The notes under the pieces were generated by a model that saw only the letters and a program-made list of their open reading frames with translations, searched no databases and was not told where the DNA came from. DNA of 64,000 nucleotides from Carcharhinus longimanus (Eukaryota): positions 47,111,408 to 47,175,407 of the forward strand of contig JASCQW010000122.1 in the NCBI GenBank assembly GCA_030264375.1, in the 5' to 3' direction. Within the stretch, counting starts at the first letter, position 1; each line of letters opens with the position of its first letter. Shown here piece by piece: positions 48,101 to 61,745 of this stretch. The position numbers and the translations under genes are program-made.

Positions 48101-49834
48101 ACTGAGAAAAAGCCTGCAATCTTTGCAAACACTCATGCTCATTCGACATGCTTGTGTTTTGGGATGTTTTGTTATGTTAATACTGCCAAATAAATATGAG
48201 TTGTTGTGGTTGATATATAAGCCCCTTCAAAATAGTGAAATGTCCCAACATGCTTCATGATGATGAGAGGGTAAGGAGGACAGACACAGATCATGTGAAA
48301 AGTTGAGAACATGTTTGAGAGGTATTTTGAGAAGTGCTTTGAATGTGATAGAAACGTGGGTCTGCAAAGTGGTTTAAGCAAATTCCAGATTGTGAGAGGC
48401 TAAATGGGAAATTTTCTGGAATGTCTATACTTGAAGACAGTATTTTCTAATCAGAGTTCTGCTCTGAAAATATCTATGCCCAAACAACAATTACAGGAGG
48501 AAAATAGCTCTATATTGCTATTTTTTTAAACACTATACGCAACCTCCTAATGAGCAAAATGGTGTCAGAATTGCTCAAGCATACTACTGATGGTAGGTAC
48601 TCAGACCCCATAATGGTCTCTTTATTTTCAATGCCTTCTTCCTTGATTGACTGGGAATGCTGCAGATCATTGGCTGCTGAAACAAGCTCAGATAAGAAGC
48701 ACTTGCCACTTCACGGAGCGTAGCATGAGACGTGATAATGTCAGACACCTTTCCTAATATTATTAAGCAAGTGTGCGATCATATGGTAGCCGGGTGGGAA
48801 AACTGCCCACATTATTCAAATGGGCAACTGAGAAGGCAATTAAGATCATTAATGAGCCAACTCTCAGCAATCATACAGTCTGATGGCAATAACATGCCTT
48901 CAGAGTGAGAACCACAACAGGAGAGGGATCTGGTTTTTGATGGCAAGCTTGTTTGGACGGGTTTTAAAACTGCAGCTTGAGAACAGTGGCTGGGATTCTA
49001 CAATCTCTTTTGCACATCCCCGCTGCCAGCAAGAACAGCGCTCAGCTGAAACTCCATTCACTGCAGCAAGGTCAAAGAATCCCGATTGGGGAGCGGGGCA
49101 GGCGAATCCCAGCCGGGCTGGGGGGGCAGGGCGGGCAAATCCTGATAGGTGAGGTTGGAGAACCCCAGGTTTCTCCTTTTGCCAACAATTGTCATGAGTG
49201 GTTCACATTAATCATGAACTGAATGCATGGAGGACACCAAAGACAGCCTAATTGGATCTAGGGTCTGATTTCTTTCTGCTATACCTCTCCGCTTGCACGA
49301 ATGGCTAATGTATGCAAAAGTTTAACAAATTAACAAATCCTCAATATGAAAAGGTGAGAGACTTACTGATTTTTAAAGTTTCTGCCATCAGTGAAGACTT
49401 ACATTTTTGTCCAAGATCAGCTACAAATTAAATGCATTTATCTTGCCAGACTGGAAGATGTTTGAATGCTTGAGGAATATTGCTTGTATTGGAACCAATA
49501 GAAATAGAATAGCAGTTAAGAACGGTATCACGTCATGTTTAAGTATTGCTCAATTGGTAAACGTTGAGCTTATTTTTTTTCATTGTTAAGCATTAAATAG
49601 CTTCCTTGTGTGTCAATAGAATCACACCTAGAATGAATCATCATATCCTCACATTAATGCCAAAATAACAAATATTCTAGACTAAGTTTGTAAAATACCT
49701 TGGGGTTTCTGATCTCATACCCTAACACAATTAACATATTATCGGGCATATGTCAATAACGGATCTGGAAATCAGAACACAGCCAACTTCCATGTGCAGA
49801 ATCCACCAACGGGATACAAGCCCATTTTTCAGTC

Positions 49835-50074
49835 CCTGGAATATGAAGCTCGTGTCAATAATGACGACCATTACAATTATTCACAATTTTGCTAAATTTC
49901 CATCTGAATCACTAATGGCCTTTAGGGAAAGAAATCTACTATCCTTATCCTGATCTGGCCTACTGCCCTTGGAAATAACCTTACAAGCCACTCAGTTCAA
50001 CAGTTATTAGGGATGGGCAACAAATGCTGAGCTAGCCAGCGACATCCACATCCTGTGAAAGAATTTTGAAAAAA
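49835..50074 (+). mobile_element. tRNA-SINE second family, older copy
   Basis: CACTAATGGCCTTTAGGGAAAGAAATCT core and AGGGATGGGCAACAAATGCTG..CACATCCTGTGAA tail. Confidence 0.65.
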
Positions 50075-50297
50075 GCTGGTATGCCTCAAAGGATGTCACA
50101 TGTTGGGAAGAAAGAGGAAGGGTTCAAGGAGGGGGTAAACACATTCTACGCTGTTTGTTAATTATGAGAAAGGAATATTTGCTCATTCAGACGTTAACGG
50201 TCAATGATATGAAGAGCCAGCCAAAATGTTACTGTGACAATTGAAGTGCCTCGACTCTAAGCTGCGAAAGTTGCTGACGATCCACATGGGTGATACT

Positions 50298-50433
50298 AGC
50301 CGGGATTCTCTGACTTTGCCTGTGGCTGGGGTTCTCTGGTCCCGCTGCTGTGATTGAAAATTTGGCTGAATGCCAAATTCTCCGATCCCGTTGGCAGCAG
50401 CAGCGGGGCATGCAAGGCTGGAGAATTCTGGCC
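50298..50433. mobile_element. Short palindromic MITE-like element
   Basis: Inverted ends GCCGGGATTCTC ... GAGAATTCTGGC. The body matches 19298-19420. Confidence 0.65.
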
Positions 50434-51000
50434 ATTATTTCATTTCCCACTGAACCATTCAGTCTGGTAACAACTAACTGATGTCCCTAAAATGCATGTC
50501 ATTTTCTACTTTCAAAATACTGTCCAAGGAGTTTCAAAAAGTACAATTACCTTGCCATCATCAAATTCATCTGAAGGATGACAGTTCATTTAATGTCGGT
50601 GAAAGGCAATGTTTACTAGTGAACCTCATGAGTAATTATACGCATTTAATTAGATTATAATCAAGCTATTTGTAAAATATATGTCCGAGTCTACTTTTTT
50701 CATTGTCAACTCGAATTAATCACTGTCCTTGAAGAAACAAAATCACAATGAAGACAAACAAATTTAATTTGTTCACAGGTTTAACTCATTCCTTGTCATT
50801 TAGCTCATTTTACTCCCAGTTGCAATTTACCGTTTGAATCGCATTAGACCACACAAATAGAACACTGCTATTATACCACTATTACATAGTTGTCAAATCT
50901 GTATTATGCTGTGATACCTACAACATGCTAAGGTTAAAAAAAACCTTTAATTGAGTAAAATTAGCAAAGGGCAAAATTATGTATACACCTTTTTCATTAA

Positions 51001-51006
51001 TTTATT
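51001..51006 (-). terminator. Candidate polyadenylation signal
   Basis: Minus-strand AATAAA, a CA about 20 nt downstream, then a U-rich tract (TTTTGCCCTTTGCTAATTTT), at the distal end of a repeat-poor block. Confidence 0.3.
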
Positions 51007-51429
51007 CAATCCCTTTGTAAATCAACATGATGCATTTTGTGAAAGAATATACTCTTAATTCAGAAGGCATTGCAGATATAATAGAAGATCACAGTAACTC
51101 AATGTTCATTACATGTTGAAGTTTAAGGTGGCCCAGGGTCATGTCATCACAGATTCACCCTTAGTTAGCGCCAATACAATACAGTGCAGAATAATGAACA
51201 TGAAAAATTATGTAATTCAGAATTAATGCTGAAAGGTACACTGCCATGCTGAGAAAAGTATTCCCAAAGTCTCTTTACACTCTTAGCATTTTTCAGTATT
51301 AATACAAGTAGCTGCATGATTAACTTCTTTGACTCAAAAATAAAATTCAAACACATACCTTGCTTAGTTCACCTTTATAACTCAAAGCATATGCATAGTT
51401 AGATACAACACTTGGAGCGAAGGGGCTCA

Positions 51430-51552
51430 AAGTGGGGGAGCTGGGGGAGATCAGGCTATTGAGTTGGATGGTCACCCATGATCATAATGAATGGTACAGC
51501 AGGCTCAAAGGGCTGAATGGCCTCTTCCTGCGCTTATTTTCCATGTTTCTAT
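51430..51552 (+). mobile_element. CR1 3' tail fragment
   Basis: CCATGATCATAATGAATGG..GGCTCAAAGGGCTGAATGGCCTCTTCCTG..ATGTTTCTA. Confidence 0.8.
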
Positions 51553-54500
51553 AAACAAATATAACAATGAATTTTAACCACAGGAATCGTGCAAGGTATA
51601 CCACCATCAACTAGTTAATTTACTGCATTTTCTCTACCTTAATAATTACCTAATAAAACAATTTCGATCAAAATTAGCTCGCTTAGTGAACTTAAATTAC
51701 ATTTTGTAACTTAAAAATCTGGATTAAACATGTCCGAATGATCTGAAAAATTTTACCACCAAGTTTGATTTTGTTTAAAACAACATAAAGATGAAGTATT
51801 TCTGACAACTTTGAGTTGTAATCTCAATGATTTCTATTAAAAGGATGGTGTCTTCAATTATCTACTAAGCATTATAGACAGTTAAATTAATCAGATTCTT
51901 AAGCATTTAATAAACAACGCATTAGGAATTCTTATGGAAAAACTGACCCTGAATTTTAACAGTGACCTTTTGATACCTTTGTCAAATGACAGCGGAAGCA
52001 TTAATTTGCTTCAGCTTTCAGTAGTCATTAAAGTTCCTCATTAAACCATAACACTGTCCTAAGCATTACTGGAAACTCAACTATGCACAATGAAAAGTTC
52101 CTGCTACAGGATCAACACTGATAAAACTTCTAATTTGTTAAAAAAAATGTTGACTGCGGTCAAACGACATTAATGCACTATTTACAGAAAAAAGGTCTCT
52201 AATCAGTTCTTCAACATTTAGCAACATTTATGCAGATTACTAAAGACAGTTAAGAGCAGCCACTGTTATGTGCACTATTTCTATTTGCTAATCTCAAAAG
52301 ACAAATATTGTTTCCTTTTTTTGATTGCTTTTGCCAAAGTCAGAAAATTTACATGTTTTCAAGTTTTGAAAGTCTTTAATACATTGTGGAAACAATGCAG
52401 ACAAGATCGAAACAGTGAAAAAGATAAGAATTGCATGACATTGCAAAATGTCAAAGATTACATTCTTCACTGACTGCTCTTGCTATGCAAATATGGCTTC
52501 ATTGTTGGTCCTAGCCAGTGACTTTTCCAACAAAATATGCCGTTCTGACCTATAAAAGAGAATAACAATGACAATCTATAGACCCCCCCCCACATGAAAA
52601 TAGAAGATTAAAACTAACAGTTTTGCCACGAATGTCACGTTGCATTATACTTGCACAACTATTCTGCAGCTGTTCTTAAATTACACCAGGCTACTTACAG
52701 GTAATACCAGACTGTGTTCCTGAAACATGAGTGCCAGAATGCATTATTTCATTTTCCTGGTCTCCATGACGAGCACTTGTTTAAGACAGGTGAACATCAG
52801 GGACAGCTCCAGAAGATAACCTTACTCAAGCAGCAGGCATCCTCTGCTGCAGAAATTTGATAACAACCAGCATAATAGTTGCCAGGGTGATTACTTGTTT
52901 CTGTGTTTCAGTCCAACAATGGAATATCATACATACAACAACCTCATTAAAATTCCCACTCTGCCTTTAAACATCACTACTTTTGGAAGAACATTTAAAT
53001 ATAGAGAGGTGCACCTCAATCTGGATTAAATGTAAGGCAAAGAAAACTAATTTGTTTGAAAAATAAAATCGTTTTTCTTTAAGTTATTTCAGTAATTATC
53101 ATATTGAATTATTACTACTTTAAATGCTCCCTTGACACTTAGGGATTATAATATTTATGCTAATTGACTTTGAGGAAAGATTAGACAGATAGAAAAATTG
53201 TTCTATTAAAAAGAAATACGAAGCACGTCATGGTCTGTTTGGTGGTAGTGATCTCAGACAAAGTAATGAAACACTATTGTGGATAGTATTGCATGTTATG
53301 TTCTGCAAGAATCTGGGGCATTGCCATTCTGCTGTCTCAATGTTTAAATTAATTGCAGTGACAATTCAATATCATCTGAACAAAAGGTTCTTAGTGGATA
53401 AAGCAATGTATATATTACATGGAACTGAAACTTAAAGTTAATAAATATTAGACATTTTGAATAGCACAGCTGGAATACTCTGAAGGTCAAAGCTTCATAT
53501 GTCTCATAAAAGTTCTTTTTTAAACCTGTTTTCTTTTCATGCAAGGTATTGTAAATATCTTCCATTGCAATAGTTTGCAACCACCAACAGGAGCATATTT
53601 AATATTTTTACAACATAGCACTGAATAGATACTTTGCTGCTAACACAAAAATATTTTTTCAGTTCAAGTAGCCAATATTTGAGACATACCAGTGCAGCAA
53701 AATTTATTGTTGCTAATTACTTACCAGAATTCACCTTCATACTTCACACAATTCTCATTTCCTTAGCAAGGTTAATACTTACCGGACTAAAAACCTCGAA
53801 CTTCAACGTGTTCTTTGCTTGTACATAGCCATTCCAACACATAAGAAATTAACATTCAATANNNNNNNNNNCATTCAATATCATGATATCCAAAGCTCTT
53901 TCGTCGTCCCAATAATAACCACAAGATCTCTGTCTGCCGAGGAATCACATTCAAATTCTTTCAGTGATCAAGCAGCCAGCTATTTATCCGAGCAAATTTT
54001 CTTCTGTCCTCTGCATGCAGCTCCATTTCACAATCCAGGTCCTCACTGAACCTATGACAATTAGTTTCCCAGATATCACAGCAAATGCTGAAGACAGCTA
54101 AGAAGGTTTAAGCAGACCCTGGCAAGTCCTTCATATAAATTAACACCAGGTGTCAGAACTCAGTGAACACTCTTCTATTCAGTCGATGATTACTGGGATG
54201 TCCAGTGCTCTCTCTCGCTCACTGAACGTTTTATAGTTGCTTGCTTCAATCCCATTCTACCATGTATATAGACTGGTAATCTAGTGACTGGAACCTGTTG
54301 ACGATCTTAGCTGAAACCAACGCAGTAATCTCATTAAAGTCTCTGAACACATAAGGTAAATCCAGGTAAACCTTCACCAGCATAAATGTAATTAGACTGT
54401 GAGGTGCAATTTAAAAGCTTAAATTAATGCTTTTCACATTTTGCCTTACTTTGACAAGAGCAGCATTAGAACGTATCTGAGGACAGTAAATACATTTATT

Positions 54501-54734
54501 TTTCTAATGTAATCTAAAATCCAATTAGCAAATTAATTTAACACCCAGATAAAGATTCCATATTCTGTTAATCATATAAAATTTATAAGTGGTTCATGGC
54601 TCGTAGAGCAAGAAAAGTTGTACCCATGCATTTTGATTTTACTACGTTTGCATAAGCACATATATTTCTCTGTATAAACACGCATACATCTATTGGTGAT
54701 TAATGAGTAATGAGAAAGGTCTGAGAGAACCCGA

Positions 54735-54784
54735 TTATGGTTGTGACTGGGGGTGGTACGCAGCATGGGCGACAAAATGTCCAT
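54735..54784 (-). CDS. Candidate terminal coding exon of an unidentified gene, (x)GHFVAHAAYHPQSQP*
   Basis: Acceptor TTTAATCCCTCACTGTGAACAG, then a 50-nt GC/CpG-richer segment ending in TAA, followed by ~3.7 kb of repeat-poor AT-rich sequence. The frame is assumed and no homolog was recognised. Confidence 0.3.
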
Positions 54785-55483
54785 CTGTTCACAGTGAGGG
54801 ATTAAATTATATCCCATTGAGTCTCCATACTGACAAAGCCAAAAGTGGTAACTGGCGTTGAAAGAAGCACATGCTACTGGAGACAGTTTCTTTTAAATGA
54901 AAACTGTACCAATCAAATTCTAAACAGAATCTATGAAAATTATATCACAAATTCCACTATACAAGACAGCTGATAAGGTATATATTAATTAACAAAAGAA
55001 AAGTACAGCACAGGAACAGGCCCTTCAGCCCTCCAAGCCTGTGCCAATGAACGTATACACGTATCTAAAACACAAGCTTTCAAGTTCCACAAGCGTGTGG
55101 TTGTACACACAATTGAACAATCTAGTTAGTACACTTTAATTTATGCTGCTTATATTTGTACTGGAAATAAAAATGGAGTATTGATCAGCCAAAATATTTG
55201 AAAACACAAAAACCTGTTTAAAAAAAAATGTAAGTTATCTACACATTTACTAGATTCACTAACTTATATTAACTCTGAAAGTGTGAAGGAAGTGGAATTG
55301 CATTGGGGAAACCATGGAACCAACCAAGCAAGTCAGACTCTGCAATCTTAATTCAATTGAATCAATTACTTTTGATGTCCTACAAGCTGCACAGTGGGCA
55401 TTATTTGCGCACACGACATGTGATCTGTAAAACAGAAATGGGATTCGGAGGTGTGCAGGGTGAATGATGGTCATATAGCATGG

Positions 55484-55703
55484 GCAGCACCAAGTTTAAA
55501 TAACGCCTCACTGGAATTTCACAGGATGCAGTCAGGAGCAGGATGGGCATACATTTTGCCAGCAATAGGAAAAGCTTGTAGTGTTCACTAAGAAAGTATG
55601 GTTATTGGCATCCAAAGAAGTGATGGTCAGCAACAATGTGCCCAAGTCACGATTAGGAGGTAAAAATCCAATTAGTGTCTTGTCAAGAATAAGGAAAGTG
55701 AGT
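55484..55703 (+). pseudogene. Fossil Myb/SANT-like DNA-binding domain exon of a Harbinger-type transposon
   Basis: With two frameshifts and a stop: AAPSLNNASLE/QDAVRSRMGIHFASNRK/FTKKVWLLASKEVMVSNNVPKSRLGGKNPISVLSRIRK, then a GTGAGT donor. This parallels the APRF.D..LE.L..AV..R..LF..TK.AW..VA.EV pattern. Confidence 0.5.
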
Positions 55704-55715
55704 ATATTTGGTGAT

Positions 55716-56007
55716 TCATAGAATACTGCAGTGCAGAAAGAGGTCCATCAAGTCTGCGCCAACCACAATCTCACCCAATTCCTTCCTCATAACCCCATGC
55801 ATTTACTCTAGCTAGTCTCGTTAACTAAGGGACAATTTAGCTTGGCCAATCCACGTAACCAGCATGTCTTTGAACCATGGGAGGAAAGCGGAGCACCCGG
55901 AGGAAACCCATGCATGCACGGGGAAAATGTGCAAACTCCACACAGTGACCCAAGCTGGGAATCGAACTCAGGTCACTGGCACTGTAAGGCAGCAGTGCTA
56001 ACCACTG
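55716..56007 (-). mobile_element. HE1-type V-SINE
   Basis: Reverse complement of head, V-domain and tail. Confidence 0.88.
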
Positions 56008-56204
56008 CATCCTGCACTGTAAACTCCTTCACTCCCAGCTCTGCCTTGCTAAACATATTGCACTGCATCACTCCTTACATCCATTTAACTTTCATCAGAA
56101 ACCAGCATTCAAAATCCATGTACTGCATCACGTCCTCATTTATTCACCCACCATTGACCCTCAACCCCCACCTTAATAGAAAGCGAGGGGGGGGCTGATA
56201 GGTG

Positions 56205-56480
56205 CAATAAGCTAATGGGTGGCAGATTTAGAACAGAAATGAGAAGGAATTACTTCACACAAAGGGTGGTGAATCTGTAGAATTCTCCACCTCAGAGTGC
56301 AGTGGACACAGGAACACTAAACAAATTTGAAGAGGTGACGGATCTGTTTTTAATTGATCATGGGACGAGGGGTCATGCAGAGTGGGCAGGAAGGTGGATG
56401 TGAAGTTGAGATGACATCAGCCACAATCATATTGAATGGCAGAGCAAGCTTGAGGAGCTGCACTGATTATTCGTTCTCCG
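56205..56480 (+). mobile_element. CR1 3' fragment
   Basis: GRFRTEMRRNYFTQRVVNL.NS.PQSAV, followed by the 3' UTR. Confidence 0.8.
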
Positions 56481-56497
56481 AGATCTATTTTCTGAAG

Positions 56498-56671
56498 TTT
56501 ATTTTTATTCATTCATGAGACATGGTATCACTGAGTGGCCCGCATTTATTGCCCATCCCTAGTTTCCTGATGGCAGTTGAGAGTCAATCATTTTGCTGTA
56601 GTTCTGAAGTCACATGCAGGCCAGACCACATAAGGACAGCAGGTTTCCTTCCCTAACAGGCATTAGTGAAT
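56498..56671 (-). mobile_element. tRNA-SINE second family, 3' half
   Basis: Reverse complement of the 44905-45060 core and tail. Confidence 0.75.
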
Positions 56672-57135
56672 CTTAGGATGCACAACCTGAGGGAAAGCAC
56701 TTAGACCAGTTTATTGATATAAAGGAAGAGTGTGTTATATATTTTATATCNNNNNNNNNNNNNNNNNNNNNNNNNNNNNNNNNNNNNNNNNNNNNNNNNN
56801 NNNNNNNNNNNNNNNNNNNNNNNNNNNNNNNNNNNNNNNNNNNNNNNNNNNNNNNNNNNNNNNNNNNNNNNNNNNNNNNNNNNNNNNNNNNNNNNNNNNN
56901 NNNNNNNNNNNNNNNNNNNNNNNNNNNNNNNNNNNNNNNNNNNNNNNNNNNNNNNNNNNNNNNNNNNNNNNNNTGCATGAGCAAGAGAGACAGAACGTAA
57001 ATAATTCAATTAAGCTGGGGAAAGTTACTAGTAACAGGATGTCAGGAAGGTTTAAGATATGAAAAGATAAAGATGTTAGGTTTGTGCATTTGTAATGGAT
57101 GTTATGGTGGGTTTGAGATGCAATTATACAACTAG

Positions 57136-57296
57136 CGGGATTCTCTGGCCTCCCTATGGCATGTTTCTCATGGCAGGAGGCAGCCCATTTTTGGAATTTC
57201 CCATTGATTCCACCCCACACTGCCAGGGGACCTGGAGTGGGCTGCACTATTGGTGGGACCAGAAAATCCCACTGGTACAGAAATGGAAAGTTCCAC
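57136..57296. mobile_element. Short palindromic MITE-like element
   Basis: Starts GCGGGATTCTCTGGCCTCCC as in the 4328 copy; internal CAGAAAATCCCACTGG. Confidence 0.55.
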
Positions 57297-57606
57297 TCAA
57301 CATTTACATTTTTTGGTAAGTTGAGAGTTCATTGAATATCAAAGGGAAGTCAAAGGTGACAAGAAAGATCTTGCACTTTACATGAGTTCCATGGGTGAAC
57401 TGAAGAGGGTACATTAAATTTTATTGATCCAAAAACAGAGAGACAAAATATAAACATGGAAGATTTCATATCTGATAGAATTTGAGTTTCAAAGAAGTGT
57501 GAGAATTGTTGTTTCAGAAGATTTCTTGGATTTATGCAGCAGAGGGGAAGTGAGTTTGAAAAGTCTGTGGTATCCATAGTTCCACCCACCTCCCATGAAG
57601 CAGCTA

Positions 57607-57812
57607 GGGAAGGCAATGGTCTATTGGTATTACCGCTAGACTATTAATCCAGAAACTCAGCTAATGTTCTGGGGACCCGGGTTTGAATCCCATCACAGCA
57701 GATGGTGGAATTTAAATTCAATAAATTAAAAGCATAATCTGGAATTAAGAATCTACTGATGACCATGAAACCATTGTCAATTGTTGGAAAAACCCATCTG
57801 GTTCACTTATGT
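57607..57812 (+). mobile_element. tRNA-SINE second family, 5' half (cut by gap)
   Basis: A-box-like TGGTCTATTGG, B-box GGTTTGAATCCC, and the same core as the 44754 copy. Confidence 0.8.
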
Positions 57813-58734
57813 NNNNNNNNNNNNNNNNNNNNNNGGGTGGATGCCTCCATGGAATTTCAGGCACTGATCTCAAATAAGTCCATGGGGGCCAGCAACACAG
57901 CAGTGCAGATTTAAGATTCCAGCTTGTCTGTTGCCTTAAACAGGATGGTAGATACTTTATCCATGATCATTGATCTCTACCAAGCTGGTCTGCAGCAGAA
58001 TGTGAGAGTGGTGTGGCTCAGACGCGGGAGAGATTTAACAACAAAACAAAGAATATGCTTGGGAACTCAACTCAAATCGTTAAACTGCAAGCTGCTTGGT
58101 GCTGGATGCAAAGCTAATTTTTAGGCCCTCATGCTACTCTTCGGGATCGACATGTTCTGTGCCAGGAGCAGCGAGGTCAGAGAAATGTCACCTTACATCC
58201 CAGGCAACAATAAAATGAGCCAGTATTGTGATGGATGGACATCTTCATCCTCCTACTCCTTCACTTCTGTGCTCCCCTCATCCAATGATGAGTGGTGGGA
58301 ACTCCTCCACCTTTGGAACCCTTGTGTGTAGATCCCATGTTGTCACTGTCATGAGTGGCGATGGTCTTGCATTTCTGATCCATAGTCGGACACATCCAGG
58401 GCGCTTCTTATCCAGCTAATTTGAAATTCTCAAAAGCTAAGAAAAGCTGTACGCAGACGAGCAACTCTCTGCCAAGTCTTTGCCAGAGGGAACCGAGACA
58501 GCAGCTGCAAGAAGTGAGGTTTTATTCACACGGGACAATGACAAGTTTAAATAACCACTTGCTCTCCTGCTGAAAGTTATTTCCAGTTCCCAGGTCAATT
58601 TCCAAAGCCCTGGGAATTCCATGCTCCTGAAGCAAAATTTGGAGCCAAGTTAAAAACAATTTAAAAATACCTCATTTAACATCTCCCAAGGAATGGGTTA
58701 CACTAGTATGTACCCACACATATTCAGTCACTCA

Positions 58735-61700
58735 TTGCATGAGGGGCTTTAAACGAAATAATGGGAGGGAGGTTCATGCGAGGGCAGACCTGGAAAATTA
58801 TGGTGAAAGTTCAAGGGTACAGTGAAGGGTAGTGATTACCAGAGTGTAACAGGAAGGGGCAAAGTAAACAAACAGAGGAGTGTATCAACCAGCATAGTCA
58901 AAGAAGGGAAAAATTACTTAACCTAGCAGAGGGTCAATTAGGTTCAGATGAAGGGAGATTTAGAAATCTAAAGATAAAAGGTAAGGCAATGGAAACATAT
59001 GTTGATGTGAACGGATAAAGACAGATTGTGCGGAACAGGGAGGGACAGAGAGTTTAACACGAGTGTTGTGTTAGATAATAGATAGCAGGGAAGTGTAAAA
59101 AAAAACTGAAGTCACTTTATCTAAATGCACGAAGGATCCTCAATAAGACAGATTAACTTGTGACAAATAGAGATGAATGGTTTCTAAAATTATAATAAAA
59201 ACAGATTATAAAAGCTTTTACAAGTATATAAAAAGGGAGAGAGTAACAGAAATTAAAGAAATGACTCCTTTGAAACAAAGACAGGAAAAATTATTATGGG
59301 AAATGAGGAGATGGTAGACACATTGGCCAAAATTTTCCATCCCCATTTTCAGCGGATGGGAAAGCTATGCAGGGACAGAGAATCCAAAGAACAGTGCAGC
59401 ACAGGAGTAGGCATTTTTGCCCACCGAGACTATGCCAGTACATGCCTTCTACCAAGAAACACTTTGAACGTTGCTAATGTGCCTGCTCCCACCACTTCCA
59501 ATGGCAGTGCACTCTAGGTATCCACCACCCTCTGAGTGAAAAACTTTCCCTGCATGTCTCTCTTAAAAACTTACCCCTCTCACCTTAAACTTGTGCCCAA
59601 TGGGAGTCTGCAAATGGCTTTTACACTCGTGGTATTTCCCATTCAGATTGTCCCCACCCTACCAATGAAGTAATGGGGTTCCCACCATGAAAAAGAAATC
59701 AGGAACTCCATTTCCATGTATTTCACTATCATTAGTGGGCTTCCCCACTGTATTATTTCCTCTCATTAGTAAACCCATCCACCCTGCCAAAATGCTATCA
59801 CATTGGTATCATGTCATGCCCATCTCTTTCAAAAAGGGGCCCCAATCTGTCAGGGGCTGAAGTTGTTGATGTCATGGATCCCAACCATTCCATTTGTTTT
59901 CCCGAAGTGCTTGATAGTTCGGCAGAAGAAGCCAGCAAGACAGCTGAAGAGCTATGCTCCACTATCCCACTTGGGATAACACTGGGAAAATAAGAGAGAA
60001 AATTCTGCCCACATATTTTGGGCAGAATTCTCCCTAGTCAATGGACCTTGGAACGCCTCAGCAGTGGGTTGCAGATGCATCTGCAGGTGAACCTTCAAGG
60101 CTGGGTGTCCTGCAGGGGTCCATCTTCCAGCCTTAGAATATTTCTGGAGGTCCAGCTTCACTCTCAAGTGGTCCAGCTTTCAGTCTCAAAGTGCTCCGGG
60201 AGACCCACCCTCATTTTCAGGTGTTCCTCCTTCTTTCTTCAATGAAGTTGGGCATCTTTTCAGCATTGCTATCAGATACAATGGCAGACTGAGTGCCATC
60301 TGGGCCTGCCCCACCACAGAATACTGTGTAAATCACCTGGGTACATATATAGCGAGGTCAGGCTGGAAGATCTGCTGTATTTTCCTGCCAGTCTCCACAG
60401 CAGGAAACACTCCACTTTCCCACCTCTGCCAAGCGCTAAGTGTTAAAATGGGTGAAATCCACCCTTTGTCTGTTTTCACTATAGAATTCACAAGTTACAT
60501 ACCAAAATAAAGGGCAAACTATGGCTAATAAGACTGAGGAAATTAAAGAATTAATATTAGCAGAGGAGAAAGTACTGAAGAAATTCAAGAGACTAATATT
60601 TGCCATATTTCAAGGACCTGATGGCCTGCATCCTAGGGTTCTAAAGGTGATAGTGGCTGTACTGGCTATGATTTTCCAAAATTCCTAATTCTACAATGGC
60701 CCTAGTCTACTGAAATCTGCAAACATAACACCCTTATTCAAGCAAGAAGGGAGAGATTACACAGGGCACTACAGGCCGGTTGGCCTGACATTCATCATTG
60801 AGAAAGGGCTGGAGTCCATTACTGCAAAAATCTTAAAAGATAATCTGAATTTTACTTAATTTGAATTTGAAAAAAATTAAGACTTAATCACACAGAAAGC
60901 ACATTATTGATTGGAAAAAATCAAAATAATTTGATGGAATGATAATTTTATGGTAATTCTAACTGACCAATTCATTCGCAGTTTTGTGGATGGATGGAAT
61001 CAGCATGGTACATAAAGGGAAACTAGTAGATTTAATACGCTTGAATTGCCAAAGGCATTCAGTAAGGCCTCATGCAAAAGGTTAATATATAAGAATAAGA
61101 GCTCATGGAGTGATAACATGAGCACGGATAGCGGATTTGTTAATGGACAAGGAGAGCAGAGATAAATGAAGCATTTTCAAGTTGGTAAACTGTGATCAGC
61201 TATTTACGGTCCATATTAATGACTTGGGTGAAAAAGTAGAGAGTAATGTATCTCAGATTGCTGATGATACAAAGCTAGCAGGAATGCAAGCTGCGGGAAG
61301 AACACAAAGAGGCCGCAAAGAGATAAGAACATAAGAAATAGGAGCAGGTGTAGGCCATCTAGCCCTTCGAGTCTGCCCCGCCATTCAATAAGATCATGGC
61401 TGATCTGTTGCTGCTCAGTTCCACTTTCCCGCCCTCTCCCCATAACCCTNNNNNNNNNNNNNNNNNNNNNNNNNNNNNNNNNNNNNNNNNNNNNNNNNNN
61501 NNNNNNNNNNNNNNNNNNNNNNNNNNNNNNNNNNNNNNNNNNNNNNNNNGACCCCCACTCTCTGCCTCCTATTTGACAACCAATCCTCCATCCACGCTAA
61601 CACCCTACCCCCAACTCCATGTCCCCCGACCTTCTGCAATAACCTCTTGTGAGATAAGGACTGATTAAGCGATTGACAACAAAATGGTAGATGGAGTACA

Positions 61701-61745
61701 ATGTGGGCAGGTGCAAAGTTATTCACTTTGGTCATTAGAGTAGAA
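58735..61745 (+). mobile_element. Fragmented old CR1 LINE with nested antisense CR1 pieces and a GC-rich insert
   Basis: GGGGCTTTAAAC ORF1 end, LYLNARRI.NK, IIMGNEEMV, GPDGLHPRVLK, ANITPLFK..R..G.YRPV.LT, ADDTKL. Antisense CR1 pieces at 59385-59600, 61325-61449 and 61550-61650. Confidence 0.7.
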
